Shown piece by piece: positions 8,582-17,949 of a stretch of 32,000 nt of DNA. Location: the NCBI RefSeq assembly GCF_017876815.1, contig NZ_JAGIOS010000002.1, forward strand, positions 210,001-242,000. The letters are read 5' to 3'. The notes beneath the pieces were generated by a model. The model did no database searches and was not told where the DNA came from. It was given only the letters and a program-made list of their open reading frames with translations. Both the position numbers and the translations under genes were made by a program. This DNA is from Sinorhizobium meliloti (GTDB taxonomy: Bacteria; Pseudomonadota; Alphaproteobacteria; Rhizobiales; Rhizobiaceae). Each line of letters starts with the position of its first letter. Positions within the stretch are counted from its first letter, which is position 1.

Positions 8582-9280
8582 CTATCTCGTATCGTCCTGA
8601 TAGCGGGCGAAGACATAGCCGGCGCCGCGCACGGTAATGATGCGCCTCGGATGCTTGGGATCGCTCTCGATGGCCGCCCTGATGCGCGAAATATGGACGT
8701 CGATCGAGCGGTCGAAAGCATCCAGCTCCTCGCCCTTGACTGCATCCATCAACTGTTCGCGCGAGAGCGTGCGGCCGGGATTTTCGGCGAGCGCCACAAG
8801 CACATCGAACTGGTAGCTGGTCAGCGTACACTCGCGGCCGTCGATCCTGACGGAGCGGGAACCGGGATCGATCTCGAGCCGTCCGAAGCGAAGGGTCCGC
8901 GCAACCGCGGCGCTGCCGTTTCGGCGGCGCAGGATCGCCTTCAGCCGCGCCAGAAGCTCGCGCGGATTGAAGGGCTTGGGCAGATAGTCGTCGGCCCCGA
9001 GCTCCAGCCCGACGATCCGGTCCGTCTCCTCGCCTTTAGCCGTGAGCATCAAGACGGGGACGTCCGAGACCGCGCGTATGCGTCGGCAGGTCTCGAAGCC
9101 GTCGAAATCCGGCAGCATGACGTCGAGGATGACGACGTCAGGGGTGCGGCGCCCGAGTTCGGCGATGCCCGCCGTGGCGGTCGCCGCGGTATGAACGGTG
9201 TAGCCATTTCCGGAGAGATAGTCGGAGAGCATGGCGGACAGGCGCGTGTCGTCGTCAACAATCAAGACCCGTTCCGCCAT
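8582..9280 (-). CDS. OmpR/PhoB-family response regulator, CpxR-like
   Basis: Receiver domain (LIVDDD...ILDVMLPDFDGF...MLTAKG) followed by GLELGADDYLPKPFNPRELLARLKAILRR, which is almost identical to that CpxR segment as I remember it. A winged-helix C-terminus follows (IDVHISRIRAAIE...VRGAGYVF). Confidence 0.9.
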   Translation of the reverse strand: MAERVLIVDDDTRLSAMLSDYLSGNGYTVHTAATATAGIAELGRRTPDVVILDVMLPDFDGFETCRRIRAVSDVPVLMLTAKGEETDRIVGLELGADDYLPKPFNPRELLARLKAILRRRNGSAAVARTLRFGRLEIDPGSRSVRIDGRECTLTSYQFDVLVALAENPGRTLSREQLMDAVKGEELDAFDRSIDVHISRIRAAIESDPKHPRRIITVRGAGYVFARYQDDTR

Positions 9281-9316
9281 CCCTGCGCTCCGCTCAATCT
9301 TCCGCCCGACTCATAT

Positions 9317-9868
9317 TTACCACCGGCCGTGGCCCCTGCGCTTCTTCAAATGCTCGACGAGCTTGGCGCGCTGCTCCGGCGTCAGCACTTCGGCCGCGTC
9401 GAGCAGCGCGGTCGTCATCTTGCGTGAGGCCTCGTCAATGGCTGCGATGCGTTCGCTGCGAAGTTTCTCGGCGGCGGCCCGGTCGATGCCCGGCGCGCCC
9501 AGGAGTTCGATAACCTCTTCGCGCGTCTCGCGGAAGTCCCGGAACGTCGGCCTGATCTCGGCGCGGGCATCATCGATGATGTCCCAAAGCTTGTCTTCCT
9601 GTTCGGGTGTCGCATCGAGCTCGTCGAGCATGGTGCCGATCCGGTGTTCCATAAAGCCGCCACCTCCCATATGCGCGTGCATCACATGGCCGCCCATGCC
9701 GAAACGGCCCATGCCGAAGCCGAAATCGTCGCTACGCGCGGCTGCAAATCCGACCGCGCTGACGGCCGCGACGGCTGCGAGGCCGCCGATCGCGGCGTGC
9801 CGTCCCCATCCTTTCGAAACGGCTTTGCCGGCGCCCCGGCCCGACAGGTCATTGTCTTCGTTTTCCAT
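9317..9868 (-). CDS. Periplasmic CpxP/Spy/ZraP-family (LTXXQ) protein, of the kind annotated as periplasmic heavy metal sensor
   Basis: ATG at 9868 with an AAGGAG SD. N-terminal anchor or signal AAIGGLAAVAAVSAVGFAAA. Two LTXXQ-type motifs (ATPEQEDKL, LTPEQRAKL). A Met/His/Gly-rich stretch reads GFGMGRFGMGGHVMHAHMGGGGFMEH. Confidence 0.75.
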   Translation of the reverse strand: MENEDNDLSGRGAGKAVSKGWGRHAAIGGLAAVAAVSAVGFAAARSDDFGFGMGRFGMGGHVMHAHMGGGGFMEHRIGTMLDELDATPEQEDKLWDIIDDARAEIRPTFRDFRETREEVIELLGAPGIDRAAAEKLRSERIAAIDEASRKMTTALLDAAEVLTPEQRAKLVEHLKKRRGHGRW

Positions 9869-9948
9869 TGCCAGTCTCCTTTGCTCCGCAGCACCTGCTG
9901 CGATGGAGGAAAGCTAACCGGGCAACGTTTCGACCGTTCTGGGCGAAT

Positions 9949-9963
9949 GTAAAGAAATGTAAA
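9949..9963. promoter_or_regulatory. Exact CpxR-type direct repeat GTAAA-N5-GTAAA upstream of the CpxP-like gene
   Basis: GTAAAGAAATGTAAA lies 81-95 nt upstream of the 9868 start codon, inside an AT-rich patch. It matches the published E. coli CpxR-P consensus 5'-GTAAA(N5)GTAAA-3'. Confidence 0.6.
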
Positions 9964-9998
9964 GCCGCGGCGCCGTAGACTGGGGACGCGAGCACGGG

Positions 9999-10535
9999 CT
10001 ACAACGATCCGGCACGCTCCGCCGCCGCCTTGGTGACCATTCTCAATCGATCCAGCTCGAGGCACGCATCCGGAAGCGCTCGATGGACGGGCGGCGGCCC
10101 GGTTGCGCCGATGACGCCGAGGACCAGGTCCGATATCTCCTGATCCGAAAATCTGTCGCCCATCTTGCGCCGTGCCGCATCGAGGAAGGCCTCGTCGGAC
10201 CTTTTCAGCCGTAGAGCATGCCTTGGCAGCCCGGCAGCTCTCAGCAGCACGCTCAGCCATTTGCCGTCCCAGGATGGTGCGCTGGCATAAAGCCGGTGTC
10301 CGGCCAGCTCACGGATCATTTCTTCGGCGACGAACGCGACAGGGAGCCCCTCCGCGCGAAGCATACCCCTCGATATGCCATGAACTTCCTCGGCTTCGGC
10401 GGACCAGTCGGTCCAATCCGGAGCCGGCCGTATCAGATAGGAACGCGAGCGGCCGTCCTGGAAGACCCAGGCGACCTCTATGGGGAAGCTTTTCTTGTTC
10501 AGAGAGGACGCTTCGAAGTCCAGGAATACGATCAT
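9999..10535 (-). CDS. Stand-alone DEDDh (DnaQ-like) 3'-5' exonuclease domain protein
   Basis: The Exo motifs appear in order: FLDFEAS (D-x-E), SWDGKWL (Exo II-like Asp) and HRALPDA (H-x4-D). It is 178 aa with no other domain. Confidence 0.65.
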   Translation of the reverse strand: MIVFLDFEASSLNKKSFPIEVAWVFQDGRSRSYLIRPAPDWTDWSAEAEEVHGISRGMLRAEGLPVAFVAEEMIRELAGHRLYASAPSWDGKWLSVLLRAAGLPRHALRLKRSDEAFLDAARRKMGDRFSDQEISDLVLGVIGATGPPPVHRALPDACLELDRLRMVTKAAAERAGSL

Positions 10536-10808
10536 TCGCGGCCACGTTCCTCCAATGTACCAACGTAATCTAGGTCAGTCCCGCTCGATCGACATGTCCA
10601 AGGCGACCTCACGCGATATGTCGGAATGCCGCGCGGGCCACCAGCAGCTCCAGTGGAATGGCGCCACACTTGTTACTCCCATCATCGGCGTTCCGGTGCC
10701 AAACTACTTCAAGCCCGACAGCCAGGCCATGGCGCGATCGGGAACGCGCCTCCAGGAGGCGCCAATGCGTACAGATTGCCAAAGCACACAAACTGGAGGT
10801 GCCGAGCC

Positions 10809-11555
10809 ATGACGAAACCAATGCACACGCCACCCGTCGTCCCGCCGCAGGCCTGGGAGGCTGCGCGCGAGCAGCTGCTCGTCAAGGAAAAGGCCCTGAC
10901 GCGGGCGCGCGACGCGCTGGCCGCCGAGCGCCGGCAGATGCCATGGATGGCTGTAGAGAAGGAATATGCGTTCGAAGGCCCGGAGGGCCGTGTCAGCCTC
11001 GTCGACTTGTTCGAGGGTCGGCGACAGCTGATCGTCTACCGCGCCTTCTTCGAACCGGGCGTTTTCGGCTGGCCCGATCACGCCTGCAGAGGCTGCTCCA
11101 TGGTGGCCGATCAGGTGGCGCACCTTGCCCACCTGAACGCCCGTGACACAACCCTCGTCTTCGTCTCGCGGGCACCCCAGGCGGACATCGCCCGGCTGAA
11201 GGCGCGCATGGGATGGCAGATCCCGTGGTTTACCGTGACGGACAGCTTCGACGCCGATTTCGGGGTGGACGAGTGGCACGGCACGAACGTGTTCTATCGC
11301 GACGGCGACCGCGTTTTCCGTACCTATTTCATCAACAATCGCGGCGACGAGCAGATGGGCAGCACGTGGAATTACCTCGACATCACGCCGCTCGGCCGGC
11401 AGGAAGTCTGGGAGGATTCGCCCGAAGGCTATCCGCAGACCCCGACCTACAAATGGTGGAACTGGCACGACAGCTACGTCAAAGACGCCGAGCCGGACAA
11501 GAAGTGGGTCGAAGTGTCGGACGCCGGAGAGGCGGCGTTCCGGAACCAGGACTAG
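10809..11555 (+). CDS. DUF899-family thioredoxin-like protein
   Basis: ATG at 10809 (MTKPMHTPPVVPPQAWEAAREQLLVKEKALTRARDALAAERRQMPW). CxxC motif ACRGCS. The tail (FRTYFINNRGDE...W) matches DUF899 as I remember it. The longer 10626 ORF start adds a non-homologous Arg/Pro-rich leader. Confidence 0.75.
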   Translation: MTKPMHTPPVVPPQAWEAAREQLLVKEKALTRARDALAAERRQMPWMAVEKEYAFEGPEGRVSLVDLFEGRRQLIVYRAFFEPGVFGWPDHACRGCSMVADQVAHLAHLNARDTTLVFVSRAPQADIARLKARMGWQIPWFTVTDSFDADFGVDEWHGTNVFYRDGDRVFRTYFINNRGDEQMGSTWNYLDITPLGRQEVWEDSPEGYPQTPTYKWWNWHDSYVKDAEPDKKWVEVSDAGEAAFRNQD

Positions 11556-11587
11556 CGAGGCCTTAAGGAACATGCCCTCGGAAGGGA

Positions 11588-11614
11588 GGCCCGCCCCGAG
11601 GGCAAGGGCGGGCC
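11588..11614. terminator. GC-rich hairpin between convergent DUF899 and groEL
   Basis: ggcccgccc-cgagggcaa-gggcgggcc forms a 9-bp G/C stem, 12 nt beyond the groEL stop. The U-tract is weak. Confidence 0.5.
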
Positions 11615-11625
11615 CGGTCCATCGC

Positions 11626-13615
<1,990 letters not shown>

Positions 13616-13764
13616 GTTTTCCTCCATGGACAAACATTGATGATCTTGTTCCCCATCCCGGACCGGATGACCAATCCGGACGGGTGCGAAGCCTCGTTCG
13701 AGCACTTCGCGCGGGATGATCTGGTTGGGCTAAAAATGGATTTCAAGAGGCCCCGGCAAAAAAA

Positions 13765-13791
13765 TTAGCAGCGCTTCGAGGCGGCTGCTAA
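13765..13791 (-). promoter_or_regulatory. CIRCE-like inverted repeat (candidate HrcA operator) upstream of groES
   Basis: On the groES sense strand it reads TTAGCAGCC-N9-CGCTGCTAA. The CIRCE consensus is TTAGCACTC-N9-GAGTGCTAA. The outer TTAGCA/TGCTAA arms and the 9-nt spacer are conserved, but the inner 3 nt differ. It lies 150 nt upstream of the start. Confidence 0.55.
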
Positions 13792-13896
13792 CAGACTGGA
13801 AAGGAACCCGAATTTCGCTGTGACGTTAAGGTCATGCCGGGGCGCCCGCGCAAGATCAGCCGGGAGCCGGCGAATGATATGTAACGGAGATGAAGC

Positions 13897-14169
13897 ATGC
13901 GATTTTCATCGGATCTCGAGCGCCAGCTCAACGGTTACGGTCTCACAACCGCGCATATCCTCTACCGCATTCCCGATTTCGAATCCGTCCTGCAGACCTA
14001 TGTCTGGCAGGATTACGACCTCGCACCTGAATTTCCCCAGATGCGAAAGTTCCTCGATTTCTGGCAGACTAATCTCGACGGGCCGCTCCACTCCGTGCGA
14101 TTCACCCACAAACGGCTGATCGGCCCGAACGAGTGGCGGCAGGTGGATGGCGAATTCAACATTCACTGA
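13897..14169 (+). CDS. Usg-like family small protein (unknown function)
   Basis: 90 aa with a GGAGA SD. The core GYGLTTAHILYRIPDFESVLQTYVWQDYDLAPEFPQMRKFLDFWQ matches my recollection of Pfam Usg-like proteins of alpha-proteobacteria. Confidence 0.55.
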   Translation: MRFSSDLERQLNGYGLTTAHILYRIPDFESVLQTYVWQDYDLAPEFPQMRKFLDFWQTNLDGPLHSVRFTHKRLIGPNEWRQVDGEFNIH

Positions 14170-14242
14170 GTTTCGGCGTTAAAGGACGCTTGCGTCTTCC
14201 CGCTCCGGCTGCTGCGAGATGGATGATGGCGCTTGTCCTCGC

Positions 14243-14359
14243 CCTCGTTTCTGTGCTTGTCACAGAGATCCAGCAGCGCCGCGTCTGCGGGGCAGGGAGA
14301 GTTCTTTCAGACCAAGGACTTGGTCTGGTTGGATACCTGTGACGAGCACAGGGATGAGG
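14243..14359. repeat. RIME-like intergenic mosaic element: 29-nt inverted arms around a central perfect palindrome
   Basis: The arms 14243..14271 (cctcgtttctgtgcttgtcacagagatcc) and 14331..14359 (ggatacctgtgacgagcacagggatgagg) are 23/29 complementary. Each arm carries its own CTGTG-N5-CACAG hairpin. The central element is cagaccaag-ga-cttggtctg (14308..14327). The right arm is 21/24 identical to 2080..2103. Confidence 0.7.
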
Positions 14360-14401
14360 AAATCAAACAGTCGCGGCGGGTATCCCGAATCTCAACAGGC
14401 C

Positions 14402-15001
14402 CTAAGTCGGCTCCGCCAGTAATGCCCAGAATGCCAGTAGCGGCGTGTCGACCGACCGCATTGCGTGCCTGATGCCCGGCTCGTTGTAGAACGAGCCGCC
14501 GAGGCCCGGTGAAAACCATTCTCCCTCCCCCTGCCGGAATTCTCCCTTCGACAGAACGAGATAGACCTCCTCAGGCGCGTGCTCATGGTCCGGATAACGC
14601 ACATGCGGCGCCATCAATGTAACTCCGAGCCAGACGTCCCTGCGCTCTTCGAGACCGCCAGGTCCGACGATCATCGCGTTCGCATGGCCCTCGAGGAAAT
14701 TCGCGCTCGCGGAACCGTCGCAACCGGTGCGCCGGCGCCATGCGAGAAAGGGCTCGACTGCCCTGAACCGATCGATCAGACGTCGCAGCGGCTCGTGTTC
14801 CGTTTCGATGGAGAGCGCCGGCTCAAGGTGGGAACACACCGGCAGGCGGCTTCCGTGGCCCCGCCTTTCCACACCCGGCACCTCGAGCGCAGAAGAAATC
14901 TGCAGGATCGAGCGGCGCGATTGCGGAGCCTGCGCGAAATGATCGAACGCTTCAAAGGCACTGTCGATGAACAACTGAAGGGCATCGCTGCGAGGTGACA
15001 T
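14402..15001 (-). CDS. Cupin-fold protein resembling the DMSP lyase (DddL-type) family
   Basis: The C-terminal cupin has the metal motif YPDHEHAPEEVYLVLSKGE and a second motif, GIRHAMRS. It is 199 aa with a GAAGGA SD. The family assignment comes from memory of proteins annotated as dimethylsulfoniopropionate lyase family. Confidence 0.5.
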   Translation of the reverse strand: MSPRSDALQLFIDSAFEAFDHFAQAPQSRRSILQISSALEVPGVERRGHGSRLPVCSHLEPALSIETEHEPLRRLIDRFRAVEPFLAWRRRTGCDGSASANFLEGHANAMIVGPGGLEERRDVWLGVTLMAPHVRYPDHEHAPEEVYLVLSKGEFRQGEGEWFSPGLGGSFYNEPGIRHAMRSVDTPLLAFWALLAEPT

Positions 15002-15047
15002 TGATAGGTCCTTCTAGGAGTGAAAAGGTCTGGGGACCTGCCTGGCG

Positions 15048-17084
15048 TCAGATATCCTTGAGAAGGCGTAGAGCGTCGTAGATCGCGGCGTGGGTGTTGC
15101 GCGCCGCGACCGCATCGCCGATACGGAAGAGCTGGAACTTGCCCTCGGCGTTGCGGACGACCGATTGCGGTTCCCCGGCGATCATTTGGTCGTGCGCGAT
15201 CTCGCCCAGATTGCTGGAGAAGGGCTTCAGCTCGAAATAGAGTTCATCGAGCGGGATGGTCCCATGATTGACGACCACCTGGTCGAAAGTCCGCTGTTTG
15301 GAGATACCCCCGTAGTCGCTGCCGACATGGGCGACCAGTTCATTGCCGCTCTTCTCTACCGCTTCCAGACGGTAGGTGACGGTAAAGGTCACATCGAGCT
15401 TCTGCAGGCAACGCATGTAAGGCACGAGGTTCATCGCCATGACCTCCGGCGCGAAGGAGCGGTCGGGCGTCATGATCTCGACCCTGGCGCCGGCAGTGGC
15501 GAGAAATTCGGCGGCCTGCAGAGCGGCGTGGTCGCCGGCGTCATCGAAGATCAGAACATTGGTGCCCGGCTTTGCGTCCCCGGAAATGATGTCCCAGGCG
15601 GACACGACGAGCTCGTTGCCCCTCGACAGCACCTCCGTATGCGGAAGCCCGCCGGTGGCGATGATGACGACGTCAGGACTTTCCGCCTGAATGGCCTCCG
15701 CTTCCGCCCATGTGTTGAAATGGAAGGTGACGCCAAGTTTCTCGCACTGGCTCATGCGCCAATCTATGATGCTGATCATTTCCCGCCGGCGCGGGCTCTG
15801 CGCAGTCAGGCGGACCTGGCCGCCCGGATCGCTCGCCGCCTCGAACACAATCACCTCGTGGCCACGCTCCCCCGCCACGCGTGCCGCCTCGAGACCAGCC
15901 GGTCCGGTCCCGACGACGACCACTTTCCTGCGACAGTGCGCCTTTGCGATGCTGTGCGGCATCGTCAGCTCCCGTCCGGTCGCAGCATTGTGGATGCAAT
16001 AGGCGGCGCCCCCCTGATAGATGCGGTCGAGACAGTAGTTCGCACCGACGCAGGGGCGAATGTCTTCCTCCCGCTTCTCGATGATCTTGCGGACGATATG
16101 CGGATCGGTCATGTGGGCGCGGGTCATCCCGACCATGTCGACCTTGCCGGACGCAATCGCGTGGCGCGCGGTCGCGACGTCAGGGATTTTCGCCGCATGG
16201 AAGGTCGGGAAGTTCGTCGCTGCGCGTATCTCGCCGGCGAAGTCGAGATGCGGCGAATTGGCCATGCCCTGAATAGGAATTACATCCGTCAGTCCGGGAT
16301 CGGTATCGATATGGCCGCGAATGATGTTCAGGTAGTCGATAAGTCCGCTTTCCTTGAGGCGTTTCGATATCTCAAGGCCCTCCGCCTTGTCCGTCCCCCC
16401 GGGAAGGCATTCATCGGCCGTGTATCGCACGCCCAGGATGAACTCGTCTCCGACACGTGCCCGGATCGCCTTCAGGACGTCGAAACAGAAGCGCATGCGG
16501 TTGTCGAGCGAGCCGCCGTAGGGACCATCGAGTTCGTTCGTCAATGGCGAGGCGAACTGGTCGATGAGGTGACCGTAGGCCTCGAGTTCGACGCCATCCA
16601 TTCCGCCGGCCTTCATGCGCTCCGCCGCATCGGCAAAATCCTTGATGATCCTGTCGATATCCCAGTCTTCGATCTTCTTGGGGAAGGCGCGATGCGCCGC
16701 TTCGCGGTGATGCGAGGGAGCGACGACCGGAAGCCAGTCTCCCTTGTCCCACCGCGTGCGCCGGCCGAGATGGGTGAGCTGGATCATGATCGCCGCCCCC
16801 TCCTCGTGCACGGCGTCGGTCATCTCCCTGATCCACGGCACGATCTCGTCCCTGTAGGCGAGCAGATTGTTGAAGACCGGCGGGCTGTCCTTCGAGACGG
16901 CCGCCGAACCGGCGGTCATCGTCATCGCCACGCCGCCCCGCGCGCGCTCCACCGTATAGGCGCGATAGCGCTCCTTTGGCATGCCGTCCTCCGGATAGGC
17001 CGGCTCGTGTGCCGTCACGATGATGCGGTTACGCAGCGTCAGGTGCTTCAGCTGGTACGGTTGAAGGAGGGGGTCGTTCGGCAT
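15048..17084 (-). CDS. Two-domain OYE-like FMN / FAD-NAD(P)-binding oxidoreductase, StcD (N-methylproline demethylase)/DgcA-like
   Basis: 678 aa. N-terminus is MPNDPLLQPYQLKHLTLRNRIIVTAHEP with an old-yellow-enzyme TIM barrel. A Cys-containing linker reads CVGANYCLDRIYQGGAAYCIHN, followed by the Rossmann motif VVVVGTGPAGLEAA. Confidence 0.75.
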   Translation of the reverse strand: MPNDPLLQPYQLKHLTLRNRIIVTAHEPAYPEDGMPKERYRAYTVERARGGVAMTMTAGSAAVSKDSPPVFNNLLAYRDEIVPWIREMTDAVHEEGAAIMIQLTHLGRRTRWDKGDWLPVVAPSHHREAAHRAFPKKIEDWDIDRIIKDFADAAERMKAGGMDGVELEAYGHLIDQFASPLTNELDGPYGGSLDNRMRFCFDVLKAIRARVGDEFILGVRYTADECLPGGTDKAEGLEISKRLKESGLIDYLNIIRGHIDTDPGLTDVIPIQGMANSPHLDFAGEIRAATNFPTFHAAKIPDVATARHAIASGKVDMVGMTRAHMTDPHIVRKIIEKREEDIRPCVGANYCLDRIYQGGAAYCIHNAATGRELTMPHSIAKAHCRRKVVVVGTGPAGLEAARVAGERGHEVIVFEAASDPGGQVRLTAQSPRRREMISIIDWRMSQCEKLGVTFHFNTWAEAEAIQAESPDVVIIATGGLPHTEVLSRGNELVVSAWDIISGDAKPGTNVLIFDDAGDHAALQAAEFLATAGARVEIMTPDRSFAPEVMAMNLVPYMRCLQKLDVTFTVTYRLEAVEKSGNELVAHVGSDYGGISKQRTFDQVVVNHGTIPLDELYFELKPFSSNLGEIAHDQMIAGEPQSVVRNAEGKFQLFRIGDAVAARNTHAAIYDALRLLKDI

Positions 17085-17125
17085 CTGCGGGTCTCCGGCT
17101 TGGTCTGTCGGCAGCCTATGTGAAA

Positions 17126-17185
17126 ATGTACATATGTGTCAACAAATCAGGCATTGCAGTCGGGGACGGAGACACTGATGTACAT
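17126..17185. promoter_or_regulatory. Two copies of the perfect palindrome ATGTACAT in the divergent demethylase/TetR promoter region (candidate TetR operators)
   Basis: ATGTACAT occurs at 17126..17133 and at 17178..17185, 52 bp centre to centre. Both sit in AT-rich context with a flanking GAAAA in inverted orientation. The whole intergenic region is only 141 bp. Confidence 0.5.
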
Positions 17186-17225
17186 TTTTCTTGCGGGGTA
17201 TCCTTCGATCTGTTAAACAGTAACG

Positions 17226-17852
17226 ATGGAGCAGATCACGAGCGACAGCGGCTGGCGCGGTTCCCCGGATGTCTGGCTTGGAGCGGCCTACGAATCCCTG
17301 CTCGATGCCGGCATCGATGCGGTGAAGATCCAGCCGCTCGCGAAGAAGCTGAATCTGTCGCGGACGAGCTTCTACTGGTTTTTCAAGGACCGCGAGGAAC
17401 TGCTCGACAGGCTCGTCTCGCGCTGGCGCGAAAAGAATACCGGCAATCTGGTAAGACAATCCGAGGCCTATGCTGAGACGATTGCCGAAGCGATGCTCAA
17501 CGTCTTCGACTGCTGGCTTGATGGCAGCCTGTTCGATTCGCAGTTCGAGTTCGCGGTGCGAAGCTGGGCTCTGCAGTCGCCTGAAATTCTTGCGGAAGTC
17601 CAGAGCGCCGATCAGCAGCGACTCGACGCGCTCACGCGCATGTTCCTGCGGTTCGGGCATGACGAGGCGCGGGCCGATGTACGTGCGCGCACGATCTATC
17701 TCGTGCAGATCGGCTATATCTCGATGCAGACGAAGGAAGACGTATCCGTGCGGATGAAGCGCATCCCGGAATATGTGGAGATCTTCACCGGACAAGTCCC
17801 GGAGCAGAGAGAGCTTGACCGCTTCTTCGCCCGGCATGGCTACTCCGGATAG
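17226..17852 (+). CDS. TetR/AcrR-family transcriptional regulator
   Basis: N-terminal HTH: AAYESLLDAGIDAVKIQPLAKKLNLSRTSFYWFFKDREELL. It is 208 aa and divergent from the demethylase gene. Confidence 0.85.
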   Translation: MEQITSDSGWRGSPDVWLGAAYESLLDAGIDAVKIQPLAKKLNLSRTSFYWFFKDREELLDRLVSRWREKNTGNLVRQSEAYAETIAEAMLNVFDCWLDGSLFDSQFEFAVRSWALQSPEILAEVQSADQQRLDALTRMFLRFGHDEARADVRARTIYLVQIGYISMQTKEDVSVRMKRIPEYVEIFTGQVPEQRELDRFFARHGYSG

Positions 17853-17949
17853 CGACAAAGGAGGATAAGGAACGAGCGAGGCAGGAGCGGGTATACGCGG
17901 CACCCTGCTCTTCCGATAAGACGCCGCAAAAAGAAGAGGGAACAATGTA

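Noticed and set aside
10594-10812. 72-codon upstream ORF (MSKATSRDMSECRAGH...) whose TGA overlaps the DUF899 ATG in an ATGA.
   Set aside because: It has no Shine-Dalgarno, its G/C third-position bias fades along the frame, and I recognise no motif. The ATGA overlap is probably coincidental. Ribosome profiling would be needed to revive it.
13719-13747. Sigma-32-like promoter upstream of groES (CTTGAAA followed by CCCAACCAGAT on the sense strand).
   Set aside because: The spacer between the two elements is only about 11 nt, against 13-15 expected. The -10-like part matches CCCCATNT poorly. It also lies downstream of the CIRCE-like dyad, which is an unusual order. The evidence is not strong enough to annotate.
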